From positions 2,720,001 to 2,784,000 of the forward strand of contig OY781089.1 of the NCBI GenBank assembly GCA_963676565.1: a DNA stretch of 64,000 nucleotides. Direction: 5' to 3'. Below are positions 19,831 through 30,631 of this stretch, piece after piece (positions within the stretch are counted from its first letter, which is position 1; every line of letters starts with the position of its first letter). A program made the position numbers and the translations under genes. This stretch comes from Halarcobacter sp. Its GTDB lineage: Bacteria > Campylobacterota > Campylobacteria > Campylobacterales > Arcobacteraceae. The notes below the pieces were generated by a model that saw only the letters and a program-made list of their open reading frames with translations, did not search any database and had not been told where the DNA came from.

Positions 19831-20613
19831 TTATGTATTCCAAGATGGATCTAGTTTTGATATAAGTCTATAATAAGCTGGCCATTCAGGGAACCTAACC
19901 TCAGCTCCTGCTTGTGCAGCTCCCCCTTCAAACTGTTCTCTTGTTCTTAAAATTGCATCTTCACTTGCTTGAATTAACTTTTCCCCTGTAGACATTGCTT
20001 TTATTTGAACTTTACAACCTTGTATTAATTGGAACATTCTATGAAAAGCCCATACTACACTATCTCCAGTTGTAATAACTCCATGATTATGTAACATAAT
20101 TGAGTGTTTATCCTCACCCATTGCTAATACTAATCTTTCTTGCTCACTTTCATCTAAAACTATTCCTTCAAATTTATGATATCCAAGTCTTTCATGGAAT
20201 TGATATGATTCTTGCATCAAAGGAATAAATCCACACTCTAAAGCACTAACTGCTTGTGTATCTGGATTATGAGTATGTAGAACACAACTTATATCTGGTC
20301 TTGCTTTGTGAATAGCAGAATGAATTACAAATCCTGCTTTATTTACTGGATAGGGACTATCATCTATCTTTTCACCATCTAAATTTATTTTTACTAAATT
20401 TGATGGTTTAATCTCACCATATAATAAACCAAATGGATTTATTAATACCTCTTCTGTTCCTGGAATCCTATATGAAATATGATTATAAACTTGTGTAGTC
20501 CAACCATAATAATCAACCATTCTATAACATAAAGCCAAATCAACTCTAGCTTGCCATTCAACTTCACTATAACCTTTTGGTGTTTGTTGTGTTTTAAAAA
20601 TATCTTTCATCAT
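19831..20613 (-). CDS. Class II aldolase/adducin-fold protein (NovR/CloR-like)
   Basis: RVDLA..YR, NHIS.R, INPFGLLY.EI, AGFVIHSAIH, HTH and NHG metal-binding motifs. Confidence 0.88.
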   Translation of the reverse strand: MMKDIFKTQQTPKGYSEVEWQARVDLALCYRMVDYYGWTTQVYNHISYRIPGTEEVLINPFGLLYGEIKPSNLVKINLDGEKIDDSPYPVNKAGFVIHSAIHKARPDISCVLHTHNPDTQAVSALECGFIPLMQESYQFHERLGYHKFEGIVLDESEQERLVLAMGEDKHSIMLHNHGVITTGDSVVWAFHRMFQLIQGCKVQIKAMSTGEKLIQASEDAILRTREQFEGGAAQAGAEVRFPEWPAYYRLISKLDPSWNT

Positions 20614-20619
20614 ATTACC

Positions 20620-21534
20620 CTATTGTGGTCTTTCACCCATTATTGTTGTTCTATACATCTCTCTTCTAAATCCTTCATAATCATTAAAAGCTTGATGTAA
20701 ACAGATTCTATTGTCCCACATGATAAATGTTTTTGAATACCATTTTAATCTACAACAAAAAGCCTCTTGTGTTGCAAAGTCTGCTAAAAAATTGATTAAA
20801 GGCATCGATTCAGCCTCAGTCATACCTTCAATTCCACAAGCATAAGTTTTATCTACAAAAAGTGCCTTTTCACCTGTAACTGGGTGAGTTCTAACTATAG
20901 GATGATATGAACCTTTAATCATATTCTGAGTGTTAACATCAAACTCCATATTTCCAAAGTTTTTGATTTCACCTTTGTTATTTTGTTCTGAATAGATTTG
21001 CTCAACTACTCTTTTTCCACTCATCCAAACTTTTAGTGGAGCAATCATCTCTTTCATAGCATCACTTAAACTATTATATGCAAGTACATTGTTTGCATAT
21101 AATGTATCTCCACCATAAGGTGGCATATCCTTTCCATAATTAAAGGCAACGGCAGGTGGTTTTTCTAAAAATGCAGAATCCGTATGCCAACCACTTCCAA
21201 ATACCATCTCAGTTTTTGTACTAGCTTCTTTAATAACTGGTTGAATATTTTCATGACCTTCTACACCTTTTGTGTATGCATCAGTTCCAAACTCACCAAA
21301 TCTAAGTGTAATATTTTCATGATCAGTAAATGAAATATCTTGATCTCTAAAAATGATTAGTTTATGTCTGTATAAAGCATCTTCAATTTCATTTTTAGTC
21401 TCATCATCAAAATTACTTAAATCAACACCACTAATCTCAGCACCCATTGCTGCTGCAATTGGTTTAACTTTAATATTTTTGTACTCTTTTGCACTATTAT
21501 CAAATAATCCTATTGGATGAACAATACTTCCCAT
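20620..21534 (-). CDS. TauD/TfdA-family Fe(II)/2-oxoglutarate dioxygenase (RdpA-like)
   Basis: GAEISGVDL, WHTD facial-triad motif, GGDT, HPIVRTHP and WDNR..LH...R motifs. Confidence 0.9.
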   Translation of the reverse strand: MGSIVHPIGLFDNSAKEYKNIKVKPIAAAMGAEISGVDLSNFDDETKNEIEDALYRHKLIIFRDQDISFTDHENITLRFGEFGTDAYTKGVEGHENIQPVIKEASTKTEMVFGSGWHTDSAFLEKPPAVAFNYGKDMPPYGGDTLYANNVLAYNSLSDAMKEMIAPLKVWMSGKRVVEQIYSEQNNKGEIKNFGNMEFDVNTQNMIKGSYHPIVRTHPVTGEKALFVDKTYACGIEGMTEAESMPLINFLADFATQEAFCCRLKWYSKTFIMWDNRICLHQAFNDYEGFRREMYRTTIMGERPQ

Positions 21535-21542
21535 AATAAATC

Positions 21543-22574
21543 CTATTCGTTTTCTTTTATTGCACGTCTAGCTTCATCTACAAGTTTTTGACCATCAAGT
21601 CCTTTTGCATTAACTTCATTAATCCATCTTGTAACAACTCTTTGTCCGGCTTCATTAAATTTTTTCATTTGTTCAGCGTTTAACTTTACAACCTCTCCAC
21701 CCTTTGATTCATTTTGTAATTTAATACCTGGTTTTTCAACATCCATCCAAAGTTGACCTAACTCTTTTGTTTTTTCTAAACCAGTATTATTTTCAATAAC
21801 TTGTTGTAGCTCTTTTGGTAATTTGTTAAATTTATCTTTATTCATTAAAAATAAAAATACTGATGTTCCAAATCTATCACCATTTTCACCTTCAGCCGAA
21901 TATTGTGTAATTTGGTGGAATTTAAATGGAGCAAATACTTCAAATGGGAATATTGCCCCATCAATAGCTTTTTTAGATAATGCTTGTGGAACTGCAGGAA
22001 GTGGCATTCCAACTGGCTCAGCCCCATACTCTTCAATCAACCATGCACCCGTTCTAGAAGGTGATCTTAATTTAAGCCCTTTTAAATCAGAAACATCTGT
22101 AACTTTTTTATCAACCATATGAAGTGCATTTCCAGCGGCAACATATACAACTAAAGGTTTAACATCTTTATAATCTTCTTTAATCATGTCGAAGTTTTTT
22201 TCAATTGCTACTGATGTTGCAACGGCATTCCCTTTGTGTACTGTTGGTAGTTCGTACACTTCAGTTCTTTGAAACACTCCAGGGGTATACCCTGCAACTG
22301 TCCAAACAATATCAGTTGAACCATCTCTAACTTGTTTATATAATTCATTTGGTTTTCCACCCATACTCATTGATGGAAAGATTTCTATTTTCAACTTTCC
22401 ATTTGATTCTTTTTCAATTTTTTTTGCCCATGGCACAAAAAACTTTGTATGTGCTGGTGATTTAGAACTTAAAAAGTGATGTAGTGTTAATGTAGTAGTT
22501 TCAGCATACAATGAACTACTTAATAATAATGCTCCTAAAGCACTTAATCTCTTACTTTTAGTTGTTAAATTCAT
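21543..22574 (-). CDS. dctP: TRAP transporter substrate-binding protein (orphan paralog 2)
   Basis: Same motifs as the other DctP copies. Start at ATG 22574 after an AAGGG RBS. Confidence 0.9.
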   Translation of the reverse strand: MNLTTKSKRLSALGALLLSSSLYAETTTLTLHHFLSSKSPAHTKFFVPWAKKIEKESNGKLKIEIFPSMSMGGKPNELYKQVRDGSTDIVWTVAGYTPGVFQRTEVYELPTVHKGNAVATSVAIEKNFDMIKEDYKDVKPLVVYVAAGNALHMVDKKVTDVSDLKGLKLRSPSRTGAWLIEEYGAEPVGMPLPAVPQALSKKAIDGAIFPFEVFAPFKFHQITQYSAEGENGDRFGTSVFLFLMNKDKFNKLPKELQQVIENNTGLEKTKELGQLWMDVEKPGIKLQNESKGGEVVKLNAEQMKKFNEAGQRVVTRWINEVNAKGLDGQKLVDEARRAIKENE

Positions 22575-22660
22575 TCTTTTCCCTTTTAATAAATTTAATT
22601 CAGTATAACGATTAAAAACAGAAAATAGAAGGCAAATTTTTAACAATTCCTGATACTATT

Positions 22661-23512
22661 TTAACATTTTGATAAATATTCTTTTGGAGTTAATTTCTCA
22701 TATTTTTTAAAAAATTTTGCAAAATATGAAGGGTTTTCAAAACCTAACTCATAGGCAATAGTTTGGATTGTTTTGTTTCTTGTTACAATCTCTCTTTTGG
22801 CTTCTAAAATTAATCTTTGGTGTATCATTTGAGTAATTGTAGAACCTGATATTTTTTTAACAATTTCATTTAATCTTTTTGTAGATAAATCCATCTTTCT
22901 TGAATAAAAATCTGCATTTTTCTTCTCTTTGTAGTTTTCTTCAATTAGATTTTTTAAAGTGATTAGTTTTTGAAAATTAGAATCAAGTTTTTGTTGTGAT
23001 TCTGGTTTTAACTCTTCCATATAGTAAAGTAGTGTTTCAAGCAATGATCTTAGAATTGAATTATTTTGATTTTCTTTGTGATACTCTTTTTTTAAAACAT
23101 CCATTATTGGAAAGAGTGTAGAGAATTTATCTGGATCAAAAGTAAGATATGGTTCACAATCAGGATTGAATAGTTTATGTAAAATCTTTTTTATGTTATT
23201 ACTATTTTCTAGTAAAAATGGTTCATTAAAGTTTATGATATATCCATCATATTCATTATTGTATTTTTTTATATTCCATTTATGAGTCTGATTTGGATAG
23301 ATAAAGTATATTCGTCCTTTTTTTAAAGGGTATTCTTCAAAATCTATATCATGGGTTTGATTATCATCTTTTGATTCAGTAATAATAACTATTTCATAAT
23401 ATCTATGTCTATGAATAGGAATAGTCCTATTCATACACCTTTGTTTTATAATAGAAATTCTAAGTTGTTTTTCGTATGTTATTTCATAACTTGGAATTTC
23501 TTTTATATTCAT
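22661..23512 (-). CDS. AraC-family regulator with cupin sensor domain (PobR/HpaA-like position)
   Basis: HRHRYYEI cupin motif; C-terminal IAYELGFENPSYFAKFFKK. Confidence 0.9.
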   Translation of the reverse strand: MNIKEIPSYEITYEKQLRISIIKQRCMNRTIPIHRHRYYEIVIITESKDDNQTHDIDFEEYPLKKGRIYFIYPNQTHKWNIKKYNNEYDGYIINFNEPFLLENSNNIKKILHKLFNPDCEPYLTFDPDKFSTLFPIMDVLKKEYHKENQNNSILRSLLETLLYYMEELKPESQQKLDSNFQKLITLKNLIEENYKEKKNADFYSRKMDLSTKRLNEIVKKISGSTITQMIHQRLILEAKREIVTRNKTIQTIAYELGFENPSYFAKFFKKYEKLTPKEYLSKC

Positions 23513-23522
23513 CTTTTAACTT

Positions 23523-24737
<1,215 letters not shown>

Positions 24738-24739
24738 TC

Positions 24740-24793
24740 ATTATAAAAGCTTTTTGTTCCATATAAAATACTAATGTTCCTCTATATGGGACA
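24740..24793 (-). promoter_or_regulatory. pobA promoter with candidate IclR sites
   Basis: Minus-strand TATAAT at 24740-24745. GTTCC repeated 20 bp apart (24756, 24776). Inverted repeat TGTTCC-N7-GGGACA at 24775-24793. Confidence 0.5.
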
Positions 24794-24858
24794 AAAAAGC
24801 AAATTTTTCGGGAATTTAGTATAAAATATAGAAAATTTATGAATTTTGGAGTATTTAT

Positions 24859-25623
24859 ATGAACAAAAGTTCGAATCTATCTTCAGTTGAAAATGCACTG
24901 AAAATATTAGAATGTTTTACAATTGATGATACAGAAAAAAGAGTAACTGAGATTTCAAATGAACTTGGATTGGCAAAAAGTACGGTGAGTCGTCTTTTAA
25001 AAACTTTACTAAACCAAGGTTATGTAAAAAAGAATCCTACTAATCAAAAATACTCTTTAGGAAATAAAGTATTAACTTTATATAGCTCACTAATGTCTAA
25101 TATGGAAATAGTAAAAGAGGCTCATCCATATCTAGAAGAATTAGCAAAAGAAACTTCTGAGTCTGTACAACTTGCAGAACTGGATAATAAAAAAGTTATC
25201 TATATGGAACAAATCAAATCTAGTTTTCCTATACAGATTTTTGCTCATATTGGAAGAGTTAATCCCGTTCATTGTACAAGTTCAGGAAAACTATTACTTG
25301 CCTACCAAGATTTTCAAACTATTGAAAATATTTTGAGTAATGGATTAGAAAAATTTACTCCATATACAATCACAGATGAAAATAAATTAAAAAAAGAACT
25401 TTTAGAAATAAGAGACTTAGGTTACTGCTATATAGAAAATGAATTTATAGATGGTATTGTTTCAATAGCTGCTCCAATACGAGATTATAATAAAAATGTA
25501 GTAGCAGCAGTTTCGCTTGTGGGACCTATTCAAAGAATAAATGGAGTTAAAGCTCAAAAATATATAAATAGAGTAGTTCAGACTGCAAAAGATATATCTT
25601 ATAGTATGGGGTATATGTATTAG
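24859..25623 (+). CDS. IclR-family regulator divergent from pobA
   Basis: SVENALKILE, LGLAKSTVSRLL, HCTSSGK and SIAAPIRD motifs. Confidence 0.92.
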   Translation: MNKSSNLSSVENALKILECFTIDDTEKRVTEISNELGLAKSTVSRLLKTLLNQGYVKKNPTNQKYSLGNKVLTLYSSLMSNMEIVKEAHPYLEELAKETSESVQLAELDNKKVIYMEQIKSSFPIQIFAHIGRVNPVHCTSSGKLLLAYQDFQTIENILSNGLEKFTPYTITDENKLKKELLEIRDLGYCYIENEFIDGIVSIAAPIRDYNKNVVAAVSLVGPIQRINGVKAQKYINRVVQTAKDISYSMGYMY

Positions 25624-25666
25624 TGAAATTGGTTGGCATTACATTTTTCAACGTAATGTATAAAGC

Positions 25667-27646
25667 TTATCTTAAATCTAAAAAATCCTGAATATCTTTG
25701 CATGATTCTTCATATCCTTCTTTATCTTTTAATATTTTATATGCTTTTTCTAAATATTCGAATGATTGATTTTCAAAACCTATAGATGCATAGCAAATAC
25801 CTAATAAAGTATTATCTTCAAGTTCTCCTAAATCTTTAAGTTCTTCTAGATTATCTTTAGCTTCATCAAAGTTTTTATCATAAAAATATATTTCTGCTAA
25901 TGTTTCACAACAAATTTTAATATTAGGGATATCCTTCTGTGGCTGTAATTTCATTTTATTCTTTGCATCTTTTAAATTCTTTATTGCTTCTTCTTTATTT
26001 CCTTTGTATTTATAAATTAATCCAAAATTCAATAATGAAGTTAAAACAGAATGATAATTTTCTCCAAATTTATCTAGATATATTTGATAACCTTCATTAA
26101 GATTTAATAATGCTTCATCATAATTTTCTGCTCTCATATATATTCCCGCTAAATTACAATATGTAGCTGCTATATCTGTATGATTGTTATCTAAAACTTT
26201 TTTTCTAATAATTAAAGCTTTTTTTAAATAGTCGATTGCTGTTTGATAATCTCTTTTGATAGAATATGCTGCACCTAAATAAGTATAGTTTGATGCAATA
26301 TAATTATTATCTTTAGTATAAATTTTTTTATTAATATCAAGAGATTTTTTTATATATTTTATTGCCTCATCTGCATTATATAATTGAACATTATAATAAC
26401 CAATATTATGATAACACATTGAAAGGTCTAAAGGAGATTTTATCTTTTGATTATCATAAATCTTTAGTGCATCAAGAGAAATATTAATTGCTTCTTTGTT
26501 ATTTCCCTGCCATGATATAATTCTAGCTAAGCTAACAAGTGTCATTGCAACTGCAATTGAATCGTTACCAAAAACTTTTTTTCTTATATCTAATGCACTA
26601 CTTGTTAATTCTTTTGATTCTTTAAAAAGACCTAACATAGAATAACAATCTGATTTTTGACTATATGAGTCAGCTAAAGAATATAAGTCTTCTTTGAAAT
26701 AGTTAGTTTGAATATTTATAGCAGTATTTATATGTGAAAGGGAAGTTTTATAGTCACCATTTAAGTAATATGCTCTTGACAGATCTCTATAAATCATTAG
26801 TTCAAATATTGGATCAGATAAATTATATTTTTTATATAGTTCTATTGCCTTTTCTAAATGTTTTATTGCTTTTTTATCATCTGATATTTGATTATAAGTA
26901 GCCCCTAAATATCCTTCCAAATAATGAGTCATATTAGAATCATTATTTTCATTTAGTAATTCATTCAAAATATTGATTTTATAATCATATTTATGGATTC
27001 TTCCATACAATTCTGCAAGTTGAACTTGATAATATACATTTTTATCTAATTCTAAACCTTTAATATAATAATTAATTGCATTAGAGTAATCATTTCTTAA
27101 ACTAGAAATATCACCTAAAGTGAAATAAGTTTGTGCAGTATTTTTATTTTCATTATCTAATCTATTCAGCAATAATTCTTCAGCCTTTTCAAATTCTGCA
27201 TTAGCAATAAATGAATTAATCTGTGTATCTTTTTTATCTTTTGAGGTATTTTTCATAACCTTTTCATAAGTGTCTTTTAAAGCATTAAATTCTTTATTTT
27301 TTTCTTCTAAACTTTTATCTTTTTCTTCTAATTCTTTTAATAATCTAGTAATTACTTTTTCTGAAGGATTAATTTTTTCAGAAATTTTATTAATAGAATC
27401 TTCTGATAAATCAACTTTTGAATATCTTGAAATTAATTCAGGTATTAAAATTGAAATAATGATTCCTATGATTAAAATACCTAGAATTGTTGAACTAAAT
27501 ATTTTATTAAGTGGAAGATTAGGATCTAACAATAAATTAATAAAAATAGTAATAGGTGAATAATAGTAATACAATATCAAAAGAACAAATAGAATTGCAG
27601 CAAATGTATAAAATATATATTTTGGATTTTTCATAAATATCTTCAA
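25667..27646 (-). CDS. Membrane-anchored tetratricopeptide-repeat protein
   Basis: Two N-terminal hydrophobic segments, a coiled coil, then many ~42-aa TPR repeats (A..Y..LG..Y.......A......AL.I). Confidence 0.8.
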   Translation of the reverse strand: MKIFMKNPKYIFYTFAAILFVLLILYYYYSPITIFINLLLDPNLPLNKIFSSTILGILIIGIIISILIPELISRYSKVDLSEDSINKISEKINPSEKVITRLLKELEEKDKSLEEKNKEFNALKDTYEKVMKNTSKDKKDTQINSFIANAEFEKAEELLLNRLDNENKNTAQTYFTLGDISSLRNDYSNAINYYIKGLELDKNVYYQVQLAELYGRIHKYDYKINILNELLNENNDSNMTHYLEGYLGATYNQISDDKKAIKHLEKAIELYKKYNLSDPIFELMIYRDLSRAYYLNGDYKTSLSHINTAINIQTNYFKEDLYSLADSYSQKSDCYSMLGLFKESKELTSSALDIRKKVFGNDSIAVAMTLVSLARIISWQGNNKEAINISLDALKIYDNQKIKSPLDLSMCYHNIGYYNVQLYNADEAIKYIKKSLDINKKIYTKDNNYIASNYTYLGAAYSIKRDYQTAIDYLKKALIIRKKVLDNNHTDIAATYCNLAGIYMRAENYDEALLNLNEGYQIYLDKFGENYHSVLTSLLNFGLIYKYKGNKEEAIKNLKDAKNKMKLQPQKDIPNIKICCETLAEIYFYDKNFDEAKDNLEELKDLGELEDNTLLGICYASIGFENQSFEYLEKAYKILKDKEGYEESCKDIQDFLDLR

Positions 27647-27801
27647 TTTCTGCTTATTTTAACAAATATATATAAAAATACGTCTTAAAATTATTATATT
27701 GAAACTACACCCCTGAAACTTAACCTGAGGTTGAATCTCTACTTTTTATTAAGAAACGCTTCTCATGCATGATTAAGGACACTTAAAGAAATAATATACA
27801 T

Positions 27802-27816
27802 CATTTTGCTAAAATG
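27802..27816 (+). promoter_or_regulatory. Toxin-antitoxin promoter: extended -10 TGCTAAAAT within palindrome CATTTT-GCT-AAAATG
   Basis: A palindrome overlapping the -10 upstream of the antitoxin fits TA autoregulation. Confidence 0.45.
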
Positions 27817-27844
27817 GTTTATATTTTAAAGATTGGAGTAAATT

Positions 27845-28024
27845 ATGACTGCGCCAAAACAAGAAGCAAAAAAGATTATTGATTCATTGCCTGAAGATGC
27901 ATCTTATGATGAAATAATAAAAGAATTAGCTTTTGATAGAATGATTCAAAGAGGACTAAAAGACTCAAAAGAAAATAAAACTATTTCAAACAAAGAGATG
28001 AAAAACAGAATCAAACAATGGTAG
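27845..28024 (+). CDS. Putative type II antitoxin (59 aa, absent from ORF track)
   Basis: GGAG RBS. Translates to MTAPKQEAKKIIDSLPEDASYDEIIKELAFDRMIQRGLKDSKENKTISNKEMKNRIKQW*. Overlaps the toxin start by 7 nt. Confidence 0.85.
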   Translation: MTAPKQEAKKIIDSLPEDASYDEIIKELAFDRMIQRGLKDSKENKTISNKEMKNRIKQW

Positions 28025-28311
28025 AGATACATTGGACAAATGAAGCAGAACTTTGGCTTAAAGATATACACGATTATATCGCTTTAGATAAAAAATCAAT
28101 TGCCAAAAAAGTTGTAACTGAAATATATAATAAAGTTCAAATACTACAATCTTATCCACGAATCGGTTATGAGTATGAAAATGATGAGAATAAAGAGATA
28201 AGAGTACTACTTTATGGTCATTATAGAATTGCATATTTAATTAAAGATGAAAATACAATTGATATATTGGGTGTATTTCATGGAGCATTAGATATCGAAA
28301 GATATTTGTAA
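28018..28311 (+). CDS. Type II toxin, RelE/ParE family
   Basis: I.WT..A...L.DI..YIA.D, YPRIG, YRIAY and GVFHG pattern. Confidence 0.9.
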   Translation: MVEIHWTNEAELWLKDIHDYIALDKKSIAKKVVTEIYNKVQILQSYPRIGYEYENDENKEIRVLLYGHYRIAYLIKDENTIDILGVFHGALDIERYL

Positions 28312-28367
28312 GATATAAAAAAATTACTCTAAAATATTTCTCAACTCAAACCTTATCCCAACAAACC

Positions 28368-28400
28368 AAATAAAATAGACTAAAAAAGTCTATTTTATTT
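28368..28400. terminator. Bidirectional terminator hairpin
   Basis: AAATAAAATAGACT-N5-AGTCTATTTTATTT between convergent genes. Confidence 0.7.
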
Positions 28401-28909
28401 TAGTGTGTTAATTTAGCTAACTGAATAATCATATTATTAGCTGTATCTTCATTTAATGGTTTTTCATATGTTGTAAGAAGTTCTCTTGCTATAATATTTG
28501 CACCTAAATGTTGAAACATCATTCTCATAGCTTGAAGCCCTTTAGCTCCACCTCCACCACTGTGAGTTGCTACTGCTACAACTTTTTCATTAAAAGCATC
28601 TCTCCAGTTATCAGTTGCCCTTGAAGTCCATGCCATAGCATTGTTAAGTACTGGTGGCATAACTCCATTGTATTCAGGAGCAACCACAATAAAAGCCTTC
28701 AAATCTAAAATTCTCTCTGCCAAATATTTTGCAATCTCAGGCACACCATTTTTTTCTTCCTCTTTAGTACTATATAAAGGTAAATCTAAATCAACTAAAT
28801 TGATAAGTTCAACTTGACACCCCTGCTCTATTGCTAACTCTTCAAGTTTTAATGCTAATTTTTGATTATTCCCTGAGCTTGCAACTAATATTCCTATTTT
28901 AAACATCAT
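28400..28909 (-). CDS. NAD(P)H-dependent FMN reductase (flavodoxin-like)
   Basis: LDLPLY and PEYNG..P..L.NA..W.SR motifs; directly follows the monooxygenase. Confidence 0.88.
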   Translation of the reverse strand: MMFKIGILVASSGNNQKLALKLEELAIEQGCQVELINLVDLDLPLYSTKEEEKNGVPEIAKYLAERILDLKAFIVVAPEYNGVMPPVLNNAMAWTSRATDNWRDAFNEKVVAVATHSGGGGAKGLQAMRMMFQHLGANIIARELLTTYEKPLNEDTANNMIIQLAKLTH

Positions 28910-28911
28910 AA

Positions 28912-30372
28912 TTATCCTTCTTTTATACCTGAGTTAATCATAAACTCTTCAACTTGATTCCATGTAAAATTCTTTTGTGCATTTACATGTCCAAACATTT
29001 GATTTCTTTGTTGTGAAGTTAAATAATATCTTTCATATAATTCAACTCTTCCCCCAAGTGCAGAGCCTGCAAAATCCCAAGCGATTCTAAATATTTGTGC
29101 TCTTTCTTGTGCACCTTCATCATTTGCACTTGGCATATATTTATTTAATAAATCTTTCATCTCAGGATTTTTATAAGAATTAATTGTAGGAGTTGCAAGT
29201 AAATTATGACTTCCAATTGTTTTGATAATATCATTTACTCTTATCATCCAAGCAGGCATATTAGCTATTAACGCTCTCATTGGACTTTCATCAAAGAAAA
29301 ACGCACCATTACCCCAGTCATGAGCTCCTTCCATTCCAGCTTTTATTGATGACCTTGTCAATTGTGAGTAAGACCAAATCTCACCTAACATCATAATAAC
29401 TTCAGGTCTTTTATCTGTTTTGATAATTTTTGCCATTCTATGGCATAAATCATATGCAAACTCCAATTTAACCGCTGCTCTAATTCCTGTTTGTTGAGTG
29501 ATATTTCCATATCTTCCTAATTGATCAATTACAGTTTTATTATAAAATGCCAAATCACCATCCATAAATACTCTATTTAATGGAATCTCAACTTTATCAA
29601 AAATCACATAAGCATCTTGCTCATCAAATCTAGAAGAAAATGGTGCATCTTGAATTGAAGCATTTACTTCATAATGGTCTCTACAAACCATTATTACACC
29701 CTTTGTATTTACAGGAATAGAAAACATTAAAGCATGGTCAGCACTTCCATTACTAGTAATTGGTGCAGAAGGATAAACAAAAAGTTCATCTGCAAATGGC
29801 CCAAGGGTTGCTAAGATTTTTGCACCACTTACAACTATACAATCATCTCTTCTTTCAACTACTTTAAATGCTACTTCACCATTTATCCCATCTAAATCTG
29901 GCTGACTTTTATCAGGTTGTGGTTGAATAATTGTATGGGTTAAAGATAAATCTTTTTCAAGAACTTCTCTATAAAAAGCTTCTAAATTATCCGCCCACTT
30001 GTGATGACCAGCTGCTCTAAAAGCATCAGTTCTACTTACATAACCTGTTAGTGCAACATTACAATAATCAGGTGTTCTTCCTAACATTCCATTTGAATAT
30101 TTTGCAAGTCGTTCAAAACATTTTGCTCTTGCTTCTAAATCTTCTTTGTTTTTAGGCAAAATTAAACTAGCTGTCATTAACTCACCTGTAACTTCATCAG
30201 TAACTAAACAATCATCAGCATATTTTTGTTGCCAATCAAAATACCCTGCCATACCTTGCAAAGAACCTTTAAAAGATGGATGTTCAAATAGATTGACTTT
30301 TTTACCATCAATCCAAATCTCTCTTTCATCTTTTAAACCATCTAAGTATTGTTTTCCGTTTCTTGCTGCCAT
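28912..30372 (-). CDS. 4-Hydroxyphenylacetate 3-hydroxylase (HpaB)-family flavin-dependent monooxygenase, oxygenase component
   Basis: RNGKQYLDGL, GMLGRTPDY, SGAKILATL, SSRFDEQDA..IFD.V.IP and R.ELYERYY motifs. Confidence 0.88.
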   Translation of the reverse strand: MAARNGKQYLDGLKDEREIWIDGKKVNLFEHPSFKGSLQGMAGYFDWQQKYADDCLVTDEVTGELMTASLILPKNKEDLEARAKCFERLAKYSNGMLGRTPDYCNVALTGYVSRTDAFRAAGHHKWADNLEAFYREVLEKDLSLTHTIIQPQPDKSQPDLDGINGEVAFKVVERRDDCIVVSGAKILATLGPFADELFVYPSAPITSNGSADHALMFSIPVNTKGVIMVCRDHYEVNASIQDAPFSSRFDEQDAYVIFDKVEIPLNRVFMDGDLAFYNKTVIDQLGRYGNITQQTGIRAAVKLEFAYDLCHRMAKIIKTDKRPEVIMMLGEIWSYSQLTRSSIKAGMEGAHDWGNGAFFFDESPMRALIANMPAWMIRVNDIIKTIGSHNLLATPTINSYKNPEMKDLLNKYMPSANDEGAQERAQIFRIAWDFAGSALGGRVELYERYYLTSQQRNQMFGHVNAQKNFTWNQVEEFMINSGIKEG

Positions 30373-30379
30373 ATCTTCT

Positions 30380-30408
30380 CCTTAAAATTGTCCCAATTTT
30401 GAAGGGAC
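30380..30408 (-). promoter_or_regulatory. 5'-leader SD-occluding hairpin with GGA loop (copy 1)
   Basis: RNA CCUU-C-AAAAUUG-GGA-CAAUUUU-AAGG pairs into the SD. Same fold at 36028-36059. Confidence 0.55.
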
Positions 30409-30425
30409 TTTTAGTTTTTTTAAAA

Positions 30426-30522
30426 TTTAGAACATTTGTTCTAAAACTATAACTACATAAATTTTAAAGTTCGCTTAACGCACATTAGTTACAAATAAGC
30501 TTAGAATAGCATTAAAATAGCA
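30426..30522 (-). promoter_or_regulatory. Modular promoter copy 1 (HpaB-family operon)
   Basis: Palindrome TTTAGAACATTTGTTCTAAA 30426-30445; -10 TATAGT 30446-30451; box GTTCGCTTAACGCAC 30469-30483; TAGCA-N6-TAGCA 30507-30522. Confidence 0.75.
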
Positions 30523-30631
30523 TTTTTTTAAGAAGTATAGATATCTAGGTAGTTTACTGGTAAGATAAATTTTTAAGTCAAAATTTATGCAAAAAAGAAA
30601 TTTTAAAATTTTTTAAAAATTTATGAAAATA

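Noticed and set aside
20620..21534. Taurine dioxygenase tauD
   Set aside because: No tauABC or sulfonate context; the sequence and neighbourhood point to an aromatic substrate.
25636..25660. CATTAC...GTAATG hairpin as an integron attC site for the TPR gene
   Set aside because: Too short, no convincing paired core sites and no integrase. More likely a terminator between convergent genes.
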